From a virus (lineage: Duplodnaviria; Heunggongvirae; Uroviricota; Caudoviricetes), in IMG/VR virus record IMGVR_UViG_2541047928_000016: 35,398 nt of DNA; one strand, written 5' to 3'. Position numbers and translations under genes: made by a program. Of the stretch, positions 1-13,750 are shown piece by piece. The notes under the pieces are model-generated. The model made no database searches, was not told the DNA's origin, and saw only the letters and a list, made by a program, of their open reading frames with translations. Within the stretch, counting starts at the first letter, position 1, and each line of letters begins with the position of its first letter.

Positions 1-123
1 CTCATTACAGAAAAAATAACGTTCTCCACCGACCTCTGTCAGGTCGATTTCCCAGAGCACCACGCTGGCCGACTGCTCCGCACGGGTGCATTCATTCAGT
101 GTTTCCTGCCGGATATCCTGCAT
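1..123 (-). CDS. L: Tail tip assembly protein L, N-terminal 41 codons only (gene continues beyond window start)
   Basis: Reverse complement of 1-123 translates to MQDIRQETLNECTRAEQSASVVLWEIDLTEVGGERYFFCNE, matching my recall of lambda gpL N-terminus; ATG at 121-123 overlaps M stop (ATGA). Confidence 0.85.
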   Translation of the reverse strand, partial: MQDIRQETLNECTRAEQSASVVLWEIDLTEVGGERYFFCNE

Positions 124-452
124 CAGTTCACCACCTGTTCAAACTCTGCGCTGAACTCAACACGCAGCATACTGACCCGCGACGACCATTTTGCGCAGGT
201 CACCTTTATCTGCCGCCACTCATAAGGCGGCGTCCACAGAAAGGATTTCCAGCCCCCGTGCTCTTCCAGAAACGACTCCAGTACCGTGGCCTCCTCACGG
301 GGGACAGAAAGCGTCACGCTGTACGTTTTCAGGTTGGCATTCAGCCCGGCAGGCGCTCGCTGAGAATAGCCATCACCAAAGCGCACCTTTCTTACAGAAG
401 GGACCGAAGCCACATCCATACCGGGTTTCACTTTCCAGCGGAAGGTCTTCAT
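123..452 (-). CDS. M: Tail assembly protein M (109 aa)
   Basis: ORF-track translation MKTFRWKVKPGMDVASV... matches recalled lambda gpM; size and position between H and L. Confidence 0.9.
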   Translation of the reverse strand: MKTFRWKVKPGMDVASVPSVRKVRFGDGYSQRAPAGLNANLKTYSVTLSVPREEATVLESFLEEHGGWKSFLWTPPYEWRQIKVTCAKWSSRVSMLRVEFSAEFEQVVN

Positions 453-3010
453 CGTCCACCTCCGGAGAACAGGCCACCATCACGCATCTGTGTCTGAATT
501 TCATCACGGGCACCCTTGCGGGCCATGTCATACACCGCCTTCAGAGCAGCCGGACCTATCTGCCCGTTCGTGCCGTCGTTGTTAATCACCACATGGTTAT
601 TCTGCTCAAACTTCCCGGACGCCTGCGACCGGCTGTCCGCCAGGCTGCCCGGTGTACCGACATAACCACCGGTGGCATAGCCGCGCATCAGCCGGTAGAG
701 ATTCCCCACGCCAATCCGGCTGGTTGCCTCCTTCGTGAAGACAAATTCACCACGGTGAACAATCCCCGCTGGCTCATATTTGCCGCCGGTTCCCGTAAAT
801 CCCCCGGTTGCAAAATGGAGTTTCGCCGCAGCGGCCTGAATGGCTGTACCGCCTGACGCGGATGCGCCGCCACCAACAGCCCCGCCAATAGCGCTGCCGA
901 TACTCCCGACAATCCCCACCATTGCCTGCTTAAGCAGAATTTCTGTCATCATGGACAGCACGGAACGGGTGAAGCTGCGCCAGTTCTGCTCACTGCCGGT
1001 CAGCATCGCCGCCATATTCTGTGCAATTCCATCAAAGGTCTGCGTGGCTGCACTTTTTACCTGCGACATACTGTCCGTGGCGCTCTCTTCCCACTCACTC
1101 CAGCCGGACTTCAGGCCTGCCATCCAGTTCCCGCGAAGCTGGTCTTCAGCCGCCCAGGTCTTTTTCTGCTCTGACATGACGTTATTCAGCGCCAGCGGAT
1201 TATCGCCATACTCCTCCTTCAGGCGCTGTTCCGTGGCTTCCTTCGCTGCCTGCCGGTCAGTCAGCCCCCGGCTTTTCGCATCAATGGCGGCCCGTTTTGC
1301 CCGTTGCTGCTGTGCGAATTTATCCGCCTGCTGCGCCAGCGCGTTCAGGCGCTCCTGATACGTAACCTTGTCGCCAAGTGCAGCCAGCTGGCGTTTGTAC
1401 TCCAGCGTCTCATCTTTATGCGCCAGCAGGGATTTCTCCTGTGCAGACAGCTGGCGACGTTGCGCCGCCTCCTCCAGTACCGCGAACTGACTCTCCGCCT
1501 TCCACAAATCCCGGCGCTGCTGGCTGATTTTCTCATTTGCTCCGGCATGCTTCTCCAGCGTCCGGAGTTCAGCCTGAAGCGTCAGCAGGGCAGCATGAGC
1601 ACTGTCTTCCTGACGATCGCCCGCAGACACCTTCACGCCGGACTGTTTCGGCTTTTTCAGCGTCGCTTCATAATCCTTTTTCGCCGCCGCCATCAGCGTG
1701 TTGTAATCTGCCTGCAGGATTTTCCCGTCTTTCAGTGCCTTGTTCAGTTCTTCCTGACGGGCGGTATATTTCTCCAGCGGCGTCTGCAGCCGTTCGTAAG
1801 CCTTCTGCGCCTCTTCGGTATATTTCAGCCGTGACGCTTCGGTATCGCTCTGCTGCTGCGCATTTTTGTCCTGTTGACTCTGCTGTTCAGCCTTCTTTCG
1901 GGCGGCTTCAAGCGCAAGACGGGCCTTTTCACGATCATCCCAGTAACGCGCCCGCGCTTCATCGTTAACAAAATAATCATCCTTGCGCAGATTCCAGATG
2001 TCGTCTGCTTTCTTAAACGCAGCCTCTGCCTTAATCAGCATCTCCTGCGCGGTATCAGGACGACCAATATCCAGCACCGCATCCCACATGGATTTGAATG
2101 CCCGTGCTGTCCTGTCTGCCCAGGTTTCCAGCGTGCCCATGTTCTCTTTCAGGCGTCGGGTCTGGTCATCAAACCCTTTCGTTGCGGCCTCGTTCGCCGC
2201 CTGCAATGCCCCGGCTTCATCGCCGGAACGCTGCAACTGAGCAACATACGCAATCTGCTCCGCCGTCACGTTATGGAACTGGCGCGCCATCGCCGTCAGC
2301 CCCGACGTCGGGTCAGTGGTCAGCTTCCCGAAGGCTTCAGCGACCTTGTCCACCTCCACGCCGGATGCAGAGGAGAAACGCGCCACACTCTGGCTGATGG
2401 ACGCAATCTGAGCCTCACCGCTTACCCCCGCCTTAACCAGTGCGCTGAGTGACTCGCTGGTCTGGTTAAACGTCAGCCCTGCCGCCTGCCCGGCTCTGGA
2501 CAGGACCAGCATACGATCTGCCGTCAGACCCGACTGATTACCGGAAAGGACCAGCGTTTTGTTGAAATCGGACAGGGTTGAGTTACCCTGATACCAGGCA
2601 TACGCCAGCGCACCGGTCGCCACCGCCAGCGAGGTGGCCCCGACCATCGGCAGGGTGATCGCACCGGCAAGCCCCCGGAACATGGGGATCATCCCGCCGA
2701 AGGAGTCCTTAACCTGACCACCCTGTTGCAGCAGGATCAGCCACGGACTTTGCCCGCCTGCAAGCTGCGTGGCCACGTCGGTGAACTGCGCAGGCAGCAT
2801 ACGCATGGCAGCTTTATACTGCCCGACGGAAATCCCCGCTTTCTGTGCAGCCAGCGCCTGCCGGTTCATCGACTGTTCAACGACTGCCGCTGTTTTTTTC
2901 GCATCAGTTTCCGTACCGGAAAAATGACGCCTGACTCTGGCCATCTGCTCGTCAAATCTGGCCGCATCCAGACTTAAATCAACGACCAGATCGCCTACCG
3001 GTTCAGCCAT
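449..3010 (-). CDS. H: Tail tape measure protein H (853 aa)
   Basis: 853-aa ORF, same length as lambda gpH; coiled-coil/Ala-Gln-rich middle and Gly-rich C-terminus; synteny. Confidence 0.95.
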   Translation of the reverse strand: MAEPVGDLVVDLSLDAARFDEQMARVRRHFSGTETDAKKTAAVVEQSMNRQALAAQKAGISVGQYKAAMRMLPAQFTDVATQLAGGQSPWLILLQQGGQVKDSFGGMIPMFRGLAGAITLPMVGATSLAVATGALAYAWYQGNSTLSDFNKTLVLSGNQSGLTADRMLVLSRAGQAAGLTFNQTSESLSALVKAGVSGEAQIASISQSVARFSSASGVEVDKVAEAFGKLTTDPTSGLTAMARQFHNVTAEQIAYVAQLQRSGDEAGALQAANEAATKGFDDQTRRLKENMGTLETWADRTARAFKSMWDAVLDIGRPDTAQEMLIKAEAAFKKADDIWNLRKDDYFVNDEARARYWDDREKARLALEAARKKAEQQSQQDKNAQQQSDTEASRLKYTEEAQKAYERLQTPLEKYTARQEELNKALKDGKILQADYNTLMAAAKKDYEATLKKPKQSGVKVSAGDRQEDSAHAALLTLQAELRTLEKHAGANEKISQQRRDLWKAESQFAVLEEAAQRRQLSAQEKSLLAHKDETLEYKRQLAALGDKVTYQERLNALAQQADKFAQQQRAKRAAIDAKSRGLTDRQAAKEATEQRLKEEYGDNPLALNNVMSEQKKTWAAEDQLRGNWMAGLKSGWSEWEESATDSMSQVKSAATQTFDGIAQNMAAMLTGSEQNWRSFTRSVLSMMTEILLKQAMVGIVGSIGSAIGGAVGGGASASGGTAIQAAAAKLHFATGGFTGTGGKYEPAGIVHRGEFVFTKEATSRIGVGNLYRLMRGYATGGYVGTPGSLADSRSQASGKFEQNNHVVINNDGTNGQIGPAALKAVYDMARKGARDEIQTQMRDGGLFSGGGR

Positions 3011-3443
3011 ACCGGACTCCTCCTGCGATCCCTTCTGATACTGTCATCAGCATTACGTCATCCTCCGTCATGTCCGCCACATCCGGGGAAGCGGGGATAA
3101 CTTTATTCCCGTCCGGACCAAAGCGGACGCCTCCGGCAAGCCCTGCCGCTTTCTGCATCAGCACATCATCTTCAGGCTCTTCGTCAGCCTCACACCGATT
3201 CAGCAGACTGAAATCCAGCGGATGCATCTCCGGATCGCTGAAAAACAGGCTGAGCACGGTGTACGTCAGCCCGGAAAAGTGCATATCCAGCAGAACATCA
3301 TGAAAATAATGGGTACTGTAAAAACGGTGCCAGTCGGCATACTCCGTGGATGACATCCCGGCAAGCATGGCGCGCCAGTCGGGTCGCCCCATCTCACGCG
3401 CCAGTTTCAGGGCAAAACTCAGCTCACCGTCGAACACTTTCCC
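3003..3443 (-). CDS. T: T segment of the G-T tail assembly chaperone, expressed by -1 frameshift from G
   Basis: Overlapping ORF in -1 frame relative to G, beginning at the GGGAAAG slip site and ending 8 nt inside H; no canonical start of its own (track start is GTG). Confidence 0.75.
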   Translation of the reverse strand, partial: GKVFDGELSFALKLAREMGRPDWRAMLAGMSSTEYADWHRFYSTHYFHDVLLDMHFSGLTYTVLSLFFSDPEMHPLDFSLLNRCEADEEPEDDVLMQKAAGLAGGVRFGPDGNKVIPASPDVADMTEDDVMLMTVSEGIAGGVRYG

Positions 3444-3841
3444 GCAGAAACAGGCTCTGCAGGCCCGGCGTCCTCTGCCTGTTCAGGGGCATTATTCACC
3501 ACAAACTCAGACATTCCGGACAGACGTAACACCACGTTTTCAGCCTGAGAAATTGCCTCCGCGGGCCAGGTGGTAAGCACTTCCTGCTCAATCTGCGTAA
3601 TGGCTTCATTCATGGACAGCAGCTTTGTCTTCTGCGGATGGTTATGCCACAGAGACATCGCCACCAGAAACGCCCCGCCTCTGATAAGATCCTCTACAGA
3701 CACCTGCAGGTTGCCACTGGATTCAGCCTTTTTTTCCTGCTCTTTCAACCAGGCAAGATGCTCAATACGCTGCAGGGCTGACAGTTCAGAAAGCGTGACG
3801 GTCACGCCGTTATGTTCAAATGATTCTGTTTTCAGGAACAT
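3419..3841 (-). CDS. G: Tail assembly chaperone G (140 aa)
   Basis: 140-aa ORF upstream of H; ends ...SAGKCSTVS; contains slippery heptamer G GGA AAG (minus strand, plus coords 3437-3443). Confidence 0.9.
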   Translation of the reverse strand: MFLKTESFEHNGVTVTLSELSALQRIEHLAWLKEQEKKAESSGNLQVSVEDLIRGGAFLVAMSLWHNHPQKTKLLSMNEAITQIEQEVLTTWPAEAISQAENVVLRLSGMSEFVVNNAPEQAEDAGPAEPVSAGKCSTVS

Positions 3842-3856
3842 CGCTGACTCTCCGGA

Positions 3857-4597
3857 TTAACTGGCGGTGACGGTGATTTCTGCAACCGCAGCAAACTCAC
3901 CATTACCGGATACAACCGGAATGTTGACCTTGCCTGCAGCAACGCCGTTCACGGTGATGGTCATACCACTGACCGACACGGTGGCTTTTGTTTTATCCGC
4001 TGACACCGCACGGAAGCTCTTGTCGGTTGCGCCTTCCGGCTGGAATGCCACGGTCAGCGTCGTGCTCTGCCCTTTCACTACGGAAGCACTGGCTGGCGTT
4101 ACCGTCATGCCGGTGGCCGCTGTTACCGTGCTGCGATCTTCTGCCATCGACGGGCGTCCCACATTGGTGACCTTCACCGTGCGGGTGATCACTTCCTTCG
4201 CCGTCACCGCTTTACCGATACTGCTGACCCAGCCACGGAACACATCGACCGTGCCGTTCGGGAAGCGGATTTTATAGGCACGGGTATCACCTTCATTAAA
4301 CCACGCCAGCAGCGCCTGCTGCCCCTGCTCTCCGGGCATCCACGCCAGCGTGAAGCTGGTATCTCCGGCTGATTTCTGCCCCTGCCCGGTCGCAGTCCAG
4401 TCCGCATCCTCATCATCGAGATAACTGTCGTCATAGGACTCAGCGGTCAGTTCGCCGGGCGTCAGGTCTTTAACTTTTGCCAGACGCGACCAGTCAACGT
4501 CTGAAAGCGGGTTCGCATAAGGGTCACCGTTCCCCTTATAAACCCACAGTGTGGTCCCGGCCCCTTTCACCGGCATTGTAGGATTTGGTACAGGCAT
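3857..4597 (-). CDS. V: Major tail tube protein V (246 aa)
   Basis: Translation from ATG at 4595-4597: [22 protein letters not shown]...; C-terminal Ig-like domain; track ORF extends 10 codons further upstream but the lambda-like start is the 11th codon. Confidence 0.9.
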   Translation of the reverse strand: MPVPNPTMPVKGAGTTLWVYKGNGDPYANPLSDVDWSRLAKVKDLTPGELTAESYDDSYLDDEDADWTATGQGQKSAGDTSFTLAWMPGEQGQQALLAWFNEGDTRAYKIRFPNGTVDVFRGWVSSIGKAVTAKEVITRTVKVTNVGRPSMAEDRSTVTAATGMTVTPASASVVKGQSTTLTVAFQPEGATDKSFRAVSADKTKATVSVSGMTITVNGVAAGKVNIPVVSGNGEFAAVAEITVTAS

Positions 4598-4604
4598 ATC
4601 GTCC

Positions 4605-5000
4605 TCACATTTCATAGGTAATGACATACGTCAGATCGGCTGAACTCCACAGGCCCGCATCATCGTCGCGTCGGTAGTCATAGCCACTGGCCACCATACT
4701 GGTGATCAAATCTGACAGTGCCGGAATATCGCTCATCACCGGATAAATCCGGGACTCCATCCACGAATCCAGCTCTGAATCCGGCACCTGAGCAGGCAGG
4801 AAAACTTCAATATGCAGCTCCGCCTGCCAGGTATCGCTGTCCAGCTCTTCGCCCGTGTATTCAGCGCCGGTGAGATAAACGGCAATTGCCGGAAAATCCG
4901 CCTCATCAAAAACAGCGGGGCGACCATCAAAAAGCGTCGCCCCGGTGTCATGCTTCTCCAGTGCATCCAGTACGGCTGCACGGAGTTCAGTATGTTTCAT
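4605..5000 (-). CDS. U: Tail terminator protein U (131 aa)
   Basis: 131-aa [55 protein letters not shown]...; synteny. Confidence 0.9.
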   Translation of the reverse strand: MKHTELRAAVLDALEKHDTGATLFDGRPAVFDEADFPAIAVYLTGAEYTGEELDSDTWQAELHIEVFLPAQVPDSELDSWMESRIYPVMSDIPALSDLITSMVASGYDYRRDDDAGLWSSADLTYVITYEM

Positions 5001-5575
5001 CGCTTTATTACCATTCTCAGTTGATGCTGCAGCGCATAGCCCAGCTCTTTCGGAAGACGCTCACGCCGTATCCGTTCAATATTCTGTTTAAACGCCGTGG
5101 TCAGTGGCACCGCCATCGGGATTTTCACCACATCAATGGGGTAACGGTTTTTCCCGGCCACACGCTGCATAACATGCCAGCGGCCATTTTTCAGTTGCTG
5201 AATAAACGCGCCGGGAATACGACGGTTTCCCACCACAAGCACGCTGCCGCCACCTTTCAGGGCTGAACGCTGCCCCTTTTTACGACGCCTGCGTCGGGAC
5301 AGGACAATCCGCGCGTTACCCAGCTTTATTACGGGCAAATCCCCCCGGTTAACCTTGATTCTGGCCTGCGGATTTTTAACCGTGGCCCTTTTCAGCCTGG
5401 CCCTTTCCTTTACCAGTTTCCGGCGTACCTTTGTCTCACGGGCAACCTGTGACGCCGACTGCGATATCGCGGATGAAGCAACGCGGTTAATGGCCATTGC
5501 GGCGGCACCAGGCACCGCCGTTTTGCTGATACGGCTGAGGTTTTCAACGGCCTGCTCAAGACCTTTTATGGCCAT
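4997..5575 (-). CDS. Z: Tail completion protein Z (192 aa)
   Basis: 192-aa ORF; ATG at 5573-5575; start overlaps FII region as in lambda; synteny. Confidence 0.9.
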   Translation of the reverse strand: MAIKGLEQAVENLSRISKTAVPGAAAMAINRVASSAISQSASQVARETKVRRKLVKERARLKRATVKNPQARIKVNRGDLPVIKLGNARIVLSRRRRRKKGQRSALKGGGSVLVVGNRRIPGAFIQQLKNGRWHVMQRVAGKNRYPIDVVKIPMAVPLTTAFKQNIERIRRERLPKELGYALQHQLRMVIKR

Positions 5576-5586
5576 ACATCCCCCTT

Positions 5587-5940
5587 TCAGCGGCGACGGT
5601 TAACGGCAGGCGGTACGCCCCGTCCAAGCCAGAGATGACAGCTTCCGCCATCATCCGGCGAAACACGATCTATCCAGAAGTTTTCCTCACCGATGGTCAG
5701 CGTGTCTCCACGCCGCAGTTGCCGCACATCATCAGTCCGGACAAACAGGGACGGGCTGGAGCCTTCAACGCGCACGCCCTGTCCGGCATAGCTGATATTT
5801 TCAGGGTCATCAAAAACACCACGTATTACTGCGCCGGACTGCTCACCGGATGTCATGGTGGCTGACGTTCCCATGTACCCGCGTATCGTTTCATCGGCGC
5901 GGGCAATGGCAGCATCGAACAGGTTATCGAAATCAGCCAC
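5587..5940 (-). CDS. FII: Head-tail joining protein FII (117 aa)
   Basis: 117-aa ORF MADFDNLFDAAIARADETIRGYMGTSATMTSGEQSGAVIRGVFDDPENISYAGQGVRVEGSSPSLFVRTDDVRQLRRGDTLTIGEENFWIDRVSPDDGGSCHLWLGRGVPPAVNRRR; size and synteny. Confidence 0.9.
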   Translation of the reverse strand: MADFDNLFDAAIARADETIRGYMGTSATMTSGEQSGAVIRGVFDDPENISYAGQGVRVEGSSPSLFVRTDDVRQLRRGDTLTIGEENFWIDRVSPDDGGSCHLWLGRGVPPAVNRRR

Positions 5941-5951
5941 AGCGCCTCCCG

Positions 5952-6350
5952 TTATTGCATTCTGGCCAGGCCGCGCTCTGTCATTTCAGCTGCCACACCG
6001 GCAGAGACACGGAACGCCGTTCCCGGCAGCACAAATGCCACAGGTTCATCCCGCGTGGCGTGAAGTGCATCAGTATGCAGCGTCACCAGTGCCACGACCG
6101 TGACCAGTTCAGCCGTATCCTGAATCACGGTATCCGGCTGCGCTGATACCACCTCATGTTCATGCCCGGTCAGCACATTTTCCGGGCTGAGAGGGGTATC
6201 CTGACCGGCAGTGTCGCCCGTGTCATCAAGCTCCTCTTCCAGCTCTGCCACACGGAGCGCCAGTTCTTCTTTCGTCCCCGTCAGACTGACATCACGGTTC
6301 AGTTGTTCACCCAGCGAGCGGAGACGGGCAATCAGTTCATCTTTCGTCAT
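5952..6350 (-). CDS. FI: DNA packaging / head completion protein FI (132 aa)
   Basis: Start placed at ATG 6348-6350 (MTKDELIARLRSLGEQLNRD...), giving 132 aa as in lambda; track ORF extends 13 codons upstream. Confidence 0.85.
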   Translation of the reverse strand: MTKDELIARLRSLGEQLNRDVSLTGTKEELALRVAELEEELDDTGDTAGQDTPLSPENVLTGHEHEVVSAQPDTVIQDTAELVTVVALVTLHTDALHATRDEPVAFVLPGTAFRVSAGVAAEMTERGLARMQ

Positions 6351-6391
6351 GGACTCCTCCACAGAGAGAAAATGGCCCCGAAGGGCCACGA

Positions 6392-7417
6392 TTACGCCAG
6401 TTGTACGGACACGAACTCATCAGGGTCAGCCAGCAGCATCAGCGGTGCTGACTGAATCATGGTGAACTCACGCGCCGGATCGCCGGTGGTCACCCAGTTT
6501 TTCGGGTAACGGGCAGAGGCGTTAATGCCTTCGCGCTGTGCGTCCGCATCCTGAATACAGCCATAGGTACGCAGACCGCGTGCCTGAGTGTTCCCCAGCA
6601 CCATCGTGTTGTCCGGCAGGAAGTTCTTTTTGACGCCGTTTTCCACGTACTGTCCGGAATACACGACGATGGCAACATCGCCATACATCCCCTTATAGGA
6701 CACCGCTTTACCCAGGTCTTTCACCGCTGTCTCCAGCTCGGAATTAGAGCCACGACGGGTATCCAGCTTCTCCCTGACGGCTTTGAAGGAACGGAACAGC
6801 GCCCAGCCTTTCGGATCAAACACGATGATATTCACCACACCGCTGGCGTTCAGCGCGTAGGCTTCGATATCGTCGGTCGGGTCATACGTGGACTTGTCAC
6901 GCTTGCTCCACTCCGTGCCGCCGGACTGCGTGATGTTATTCGCCGCACTGCGGCCCATATCCACCTCAACCGGATCGAAGGCTTCACCGGTCATGGTGTA
7001 TTTGCCCTTAAGCACGGCAGAAACGGCCTGCATCTCTTCGACCTGAGCAATGGCCAGCTCTTCGTCACGCATGTTCTGCATGATGATGCGACGGCGGCGG
7101 TAAGCCGGGTCCGCCAGATTCTGCGGATCTTCATCCGGCAGGCGACGCAGGGTCATCTGCGGATTCACCTCATGCTTGGGTTTGACATATCCCGGCGTAA
7201 ATTCAGAGGTGGATCCGCCACGGGAACGGATAACCTCACCGGAAACAATCGGCGAAACGTACAGCGCCATGTTTACCAGTCCCGGAATTTGTGAGAGATA
7301 GACTTTCTCCGTGGTGAAGGGATAGCTCTCACGGAAAAAGAGACGCAGAAACAGCGGATCAAACTTAAATTTCTGCTCATTTGCCGCCAGCAGCTGGGCG
7401 GTTGTGTACATCGACAT
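6392..7417 (-). CDS. E: Major capsid protein E (341 aa)
   Basis: 341-aa ORF MSMYTTAQLLAANEQKFKFDPLFLRLFFRESYPFTTEKVYLSQIPGLVNMALYVSPIVSGEV...; matches recalled lambda gpE. Confidence 0.95.
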   Translation of the reverse strand: MSMYTTAQLLAANEQKFKFDPLFLRLFFRESYPFTTEKVYLSQIPGLVNMALYVSPIVSGEVIRSRGGSTSEFTPGYVKPKHEVNPQMTLRRLPDEDPQNLADPAYRRRRIIMQNMRDEELAIAQVEEMQAVSAVLKGKYTMTGEAFDPVEVDMGRSAANNITQSGGTEWSKRDKSTYDPTDDIEAYALNASGVVNIIVFDPKGWALFRSFKAVREKLDTRRGSNSELETAVKDLGKAVSYKGMYGDVAIVVYSGQYVENGVKKNFLPDNTMVLGNTQARGLRTYGCIQDADAQREGINASARYPKNWVTTGDPAREFTMIQSAPLMLLADPDEFVSVQLA

Positions 7418-7431
7418 AAAAAAAATCCCGT

Positions 7432-7456
7432 AAAAAAAGCCGCACAGGCGGCCTTT
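7432..7456 (-). promoter_or_regulatory. Stem-loop (GCCGC-N4-GCGGC) followed by T7 run on the minus strand in the D-E intergenic region; terminator-like attenuator or RNA processing signal
   Basis: Seen directly: plus strand aaagccgcacaggcggccttt preceded by a8; on the coding (minus) strand the hairpin is followed by TTTTTTT then E start. Confidence 0.4.
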
Positions 7457-7473
7457 AGTGATGAAGGGTAAAG

Positions 7474-7806
7474 TTAAACGATGCTGATTGCCGTTCCGGC
7501 AAACGCGGTCCGTTTTTTCGTCTCGTCGCTGGCAGCCTCCGGCCAGAGCACATCCTCATAACGGAACGTGCCGGACTTGTAGAACGTCAGCGTGGTGCTG
7601 GTCTGGTCAGCTGCAACAGCCAGAATGCCAACGGCAGCACCGTCGGTGGTGCCATCCCACGCAACCAGCTTACGGGTGGCGGTATCCGGCATCAGCGGAG
7701 TCATTGCAGGCGCTTTCGCACTCAATCCGCCGGGCGCGGTTGCGGTATGAGCCGGATCACTGTTGCCCAGCGGCTGGTAATGGGTAAAGGTTTCTTTGCT
7801 CGTCAT
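7474..7806 (-). CDS. D: Head decoration protein D (110 aa)
   Basis: Start at ATG 7804-7806 gives [39 protein letters not shown]..., 110 aa. Confidence 0.9.
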   Translation of the reverse strand: MTSKETFTHYQPLGNSDPAHTATAPGGLSAKAPAMTPLMPDTATRKLVAWDGTTDGAAVGILAVAADQTSTTLTFYKSGTFRYEDVLWPEAASDETKKRTAFAGTAISIV

Positions 7807-7815
7807 AAACATCCC

Positions 7816-8421
7816 TTACACTGGTGTGTTCAGCAAATCGTTAACGGCATCAGATGCCGGGTTACCTGCAGCCAGTGGTGCCGGTGCACCCTGCATCAGA
7901 CGATCCAGCGCAGTGTCACTGCGCGCCTGTGCACTCTGTGGTGCTGCGGCCAGAATGCGGCGGGCCGTTTCCACGGTCATTCCGGGGGTTTCTGCCAGAA
8001 CGCGCGCCTGTTCTTCGCGTCCGTGAGCCTCCTCACAGTTGAGGATCCCCATAATGCGGCTGTTTTCTGCCGCAACCGCTGCGGTGATCTGCGCGTTCAC
8101 GTCCGGCTGCGCCGCGCTGGCGTTTTCGCCCTCCGTCGCTTGCACCACGTCAGTAACGTCAGCCTGCGAAGCGGTGGCTGAAACAGTTGTTGATTGAGTC
8201 TCTTTGGTCATTCGCCCTCCTGAGAGACGGGATTTACGTGCATCCAGTGCATCACGCATGACGGTGATCGCATCGGTGCTGTTAACAAGTTCATCAGCCA
8301 GTCCGGCATCAATGGCCTCCTGACCGCTGTACACTGCAGCCTCGGTATCCAGCACAGCCTGCACGGACAGGCCGGTATATGCCGACACCTTCTGCGCAAA
8401 CATCTGGCGGGTTGCATCCAT
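7816..8421 (-). CDS. Nu3: Scaffolding protein Nu3, nested in-frame in the 3' third of C
   Basis: In-frame internal ATG at 8419-8421 (MDATRQMFAQKVSAYTG...) 606 nt before the C stop, same geometry as lambda Nu3; internal initiation not provable from sequence alone. Confidence 0.6.
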   Translation of the reverse strand: MDATRQMFAQKVSAYTGLSVQAVLDTEAAVYSGQEAIDAGLADELVNSTDAITVMRDALDARKSRLSGGRMTKETQSTTVSATASQADVTDVVQATEGENASAAQPDVNAQITAAVAAENSRIMGILNCEEAHGREEQARVLAETPGMTVETARRILAAAPQSAQARSDTALDRLMQGAPAPLAAGNPASDAVNDLLNTPV

Positions 8422-9115
8422 CCGGGACTGCAGTGTCTCCCGGACGTCATCCGGAAGATGGCTGTAGGGGTTGCCATCCACCTTATGGCTGCCGCTGTAA
8501 ATCAGCGTGATTTCCACGCCCTGTTTCTCCAGCGCAGCACCGTAATTACTGTGAGCCATCATGACGCCGATGGAGCCTGTCCGGGCGGTCTGCGTGACCA
8601 GACGCCGGGAGGCGGCGCTGGCAAGCAGCTGACCTGCACTGCAGTTCATGTCGTTGGCCAGCGCCCATACAGGTTTTATGTCACGCACACGGGCGATGAT
8701 GTCAGCGCAGTCAAATGCCCCTGCCACCATTCCACCGGGCGTGTCCATATCGAGCAGAATGCCGTCCACCATCGGGTCACTGGCAGCCTGTTGCAGACGG
8801 GCGATAATGCCGTTGTAACCGGTCATCCCCGAATAAGGCTGCAGCGCCCGCGTCCGGCTGACCAGCGTACCGGACACCGGCAGCACGGCGATGCCGTTCA
8901 TGACCTGATAACTGCGGGCCTGTCGTGGTCCGTCACCATCACCGGCTAACGCCAGCGTCGCGGGTGCCTCCTGGGCAGTCAGGCTGTCGCCGGACACCGC
9001 ATCCGTCAGGCGGCTGATCCCTAGCTGGCCTGCAAGCGCACAAAAGAAAACCCGCGCATAGGCGGGTTCAAGCATCAGCGGCTCATTAAAGGCCATGCTG
9101 GCAATATGCGGGAGA

Positions 9116-9135
<20 letters not shown>
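7816..9135 (-). CDS. C: Head maturation protease / scaffold fusion protein C (439 aa), probable GTG start
   Basis: ORF contains VTAELRNLPHIASMAFNEPLMLEPAYARVFF...; codon at 9133-9135 is GTG on minus strand; length 439 aa matches lambda gpC; start overlaps B by 20 nt. Confidence 0.85.
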
Positions 9136-12816
<3,681 letters not shown>

Positions 12817-12842
<26 letters not shown>

Positions 12843-13362
12843 TCAGCAACCCCGGTATCAGTTCATCCAGCGCGGCTGCTTTGTTCATGGCTTTGATGAT
12901 ATCCCGTTTCAGGAAATCAATATGCCGGTTATCCAGCTCAGGAAAACGTCGCTGCACCGACAGAGGAATACCGTCGAGAATACTGGATATTTCCCTTGCT
13001 ATACGCGACAGCACGAAAGTACAGAATGCGGTTTCCACCACTTCAGCCGATTCTTTGGCATTTTTCAGTTCCTGCGCCGTCGCCTGAGCACGAGTCAGGC
13101 GATGGCGCTCAAATTCAAGTGTTCCGGGGTGAAGATCTGCCTCGCTGGCCAGCCGCAGTTCTTCAACCTCCCGGCGCAGCTTTTCGCTCTCAATTTCAGC
13201 ATCCCTTTCGGCATACCATTTTATGACGGCGGCAGAGTCATAAAGCACCTCATTACCCTTGCCACCGCCTCGCAGAACGGGCATTCCCTGCTCCTGCCAG
13301 TTCTGAATGGTACGGATACTCGCACCGAAAATATCAGCCAGCTGCTTTTTGTTGACTTCCAT
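12817..13362 (-). CDS. Nu1: Terminase small subunit Nu1 (181 aa)
   Basis: 181-aa ORF MEVNKKQLADIFGASIRTIQNWQEQGMPVLRGGGKGNEVLYDSAAVIKWYAERDAEIE...; winged-HTH N-terminus; overlaps A start. Confidence 0.95.
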
Positions 13363-13575
13363 TGTTCATTCCCCGGACAAAAACAGAGAAAGGAAACGAC
13401 AGAGGCCAAAAAGCCCGTTTTCAGCACCTGTCGTTTCCTTTCTTTTCAGGGGGTGTTTTAAATAAAAACATTAAGTTACGGCGAAGAAGAACGGAAACGC
13501 CTTAAACCGGAAAATTTTCATAAATAGCGAAAACCCGCGAGGTCGCCGCCCCGTAACCTGTCGGATCACCGGAAA
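13363..13575 (-). other. cos region: cosB between Nu1 start and cosN; 12-nt cohesive-end sequence (cosN) at about 13540-13551; cosQ-side flank beyond
   Basis: Plus strand aaacccgcgaggtcgccgcccc is the reverse complement of the lambda left-end GGGCGGCGACCTCGCGGGTTT; flanking sequence ...cgtaacctgtcggatcaccggaaagg matches my recall of the lambda right end. Confidence 0.8.
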
Positions 13576-13750
13576 GGACCCGTAAAGTGATAATGATTAT
13601 CATCTACATATCACAACGTGCGTGGAGGCCATCAAACCACGTCAAATAATCAATTATGACGCAGGTATCGTATTAATTGATCTGCATCAACTTAACGTAA
13701 AAACAACTTCAGACAATACAAATCAGCGACACTGAATACGGGGCAACCTC

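Noticed and set aside
99-3000. Numerous plus-strand ORFs of 60-220 aa overlapping genes M and H (for example 191-856, 840-1358, 1304-1834, 1874-2452)
   Set aside because: They are antisense to well-supported lambda genes in a GC-rich region, have Arg/Pro/Ser-rich low-complexity translations and no counterpart in lambda; treated as chance open frames.
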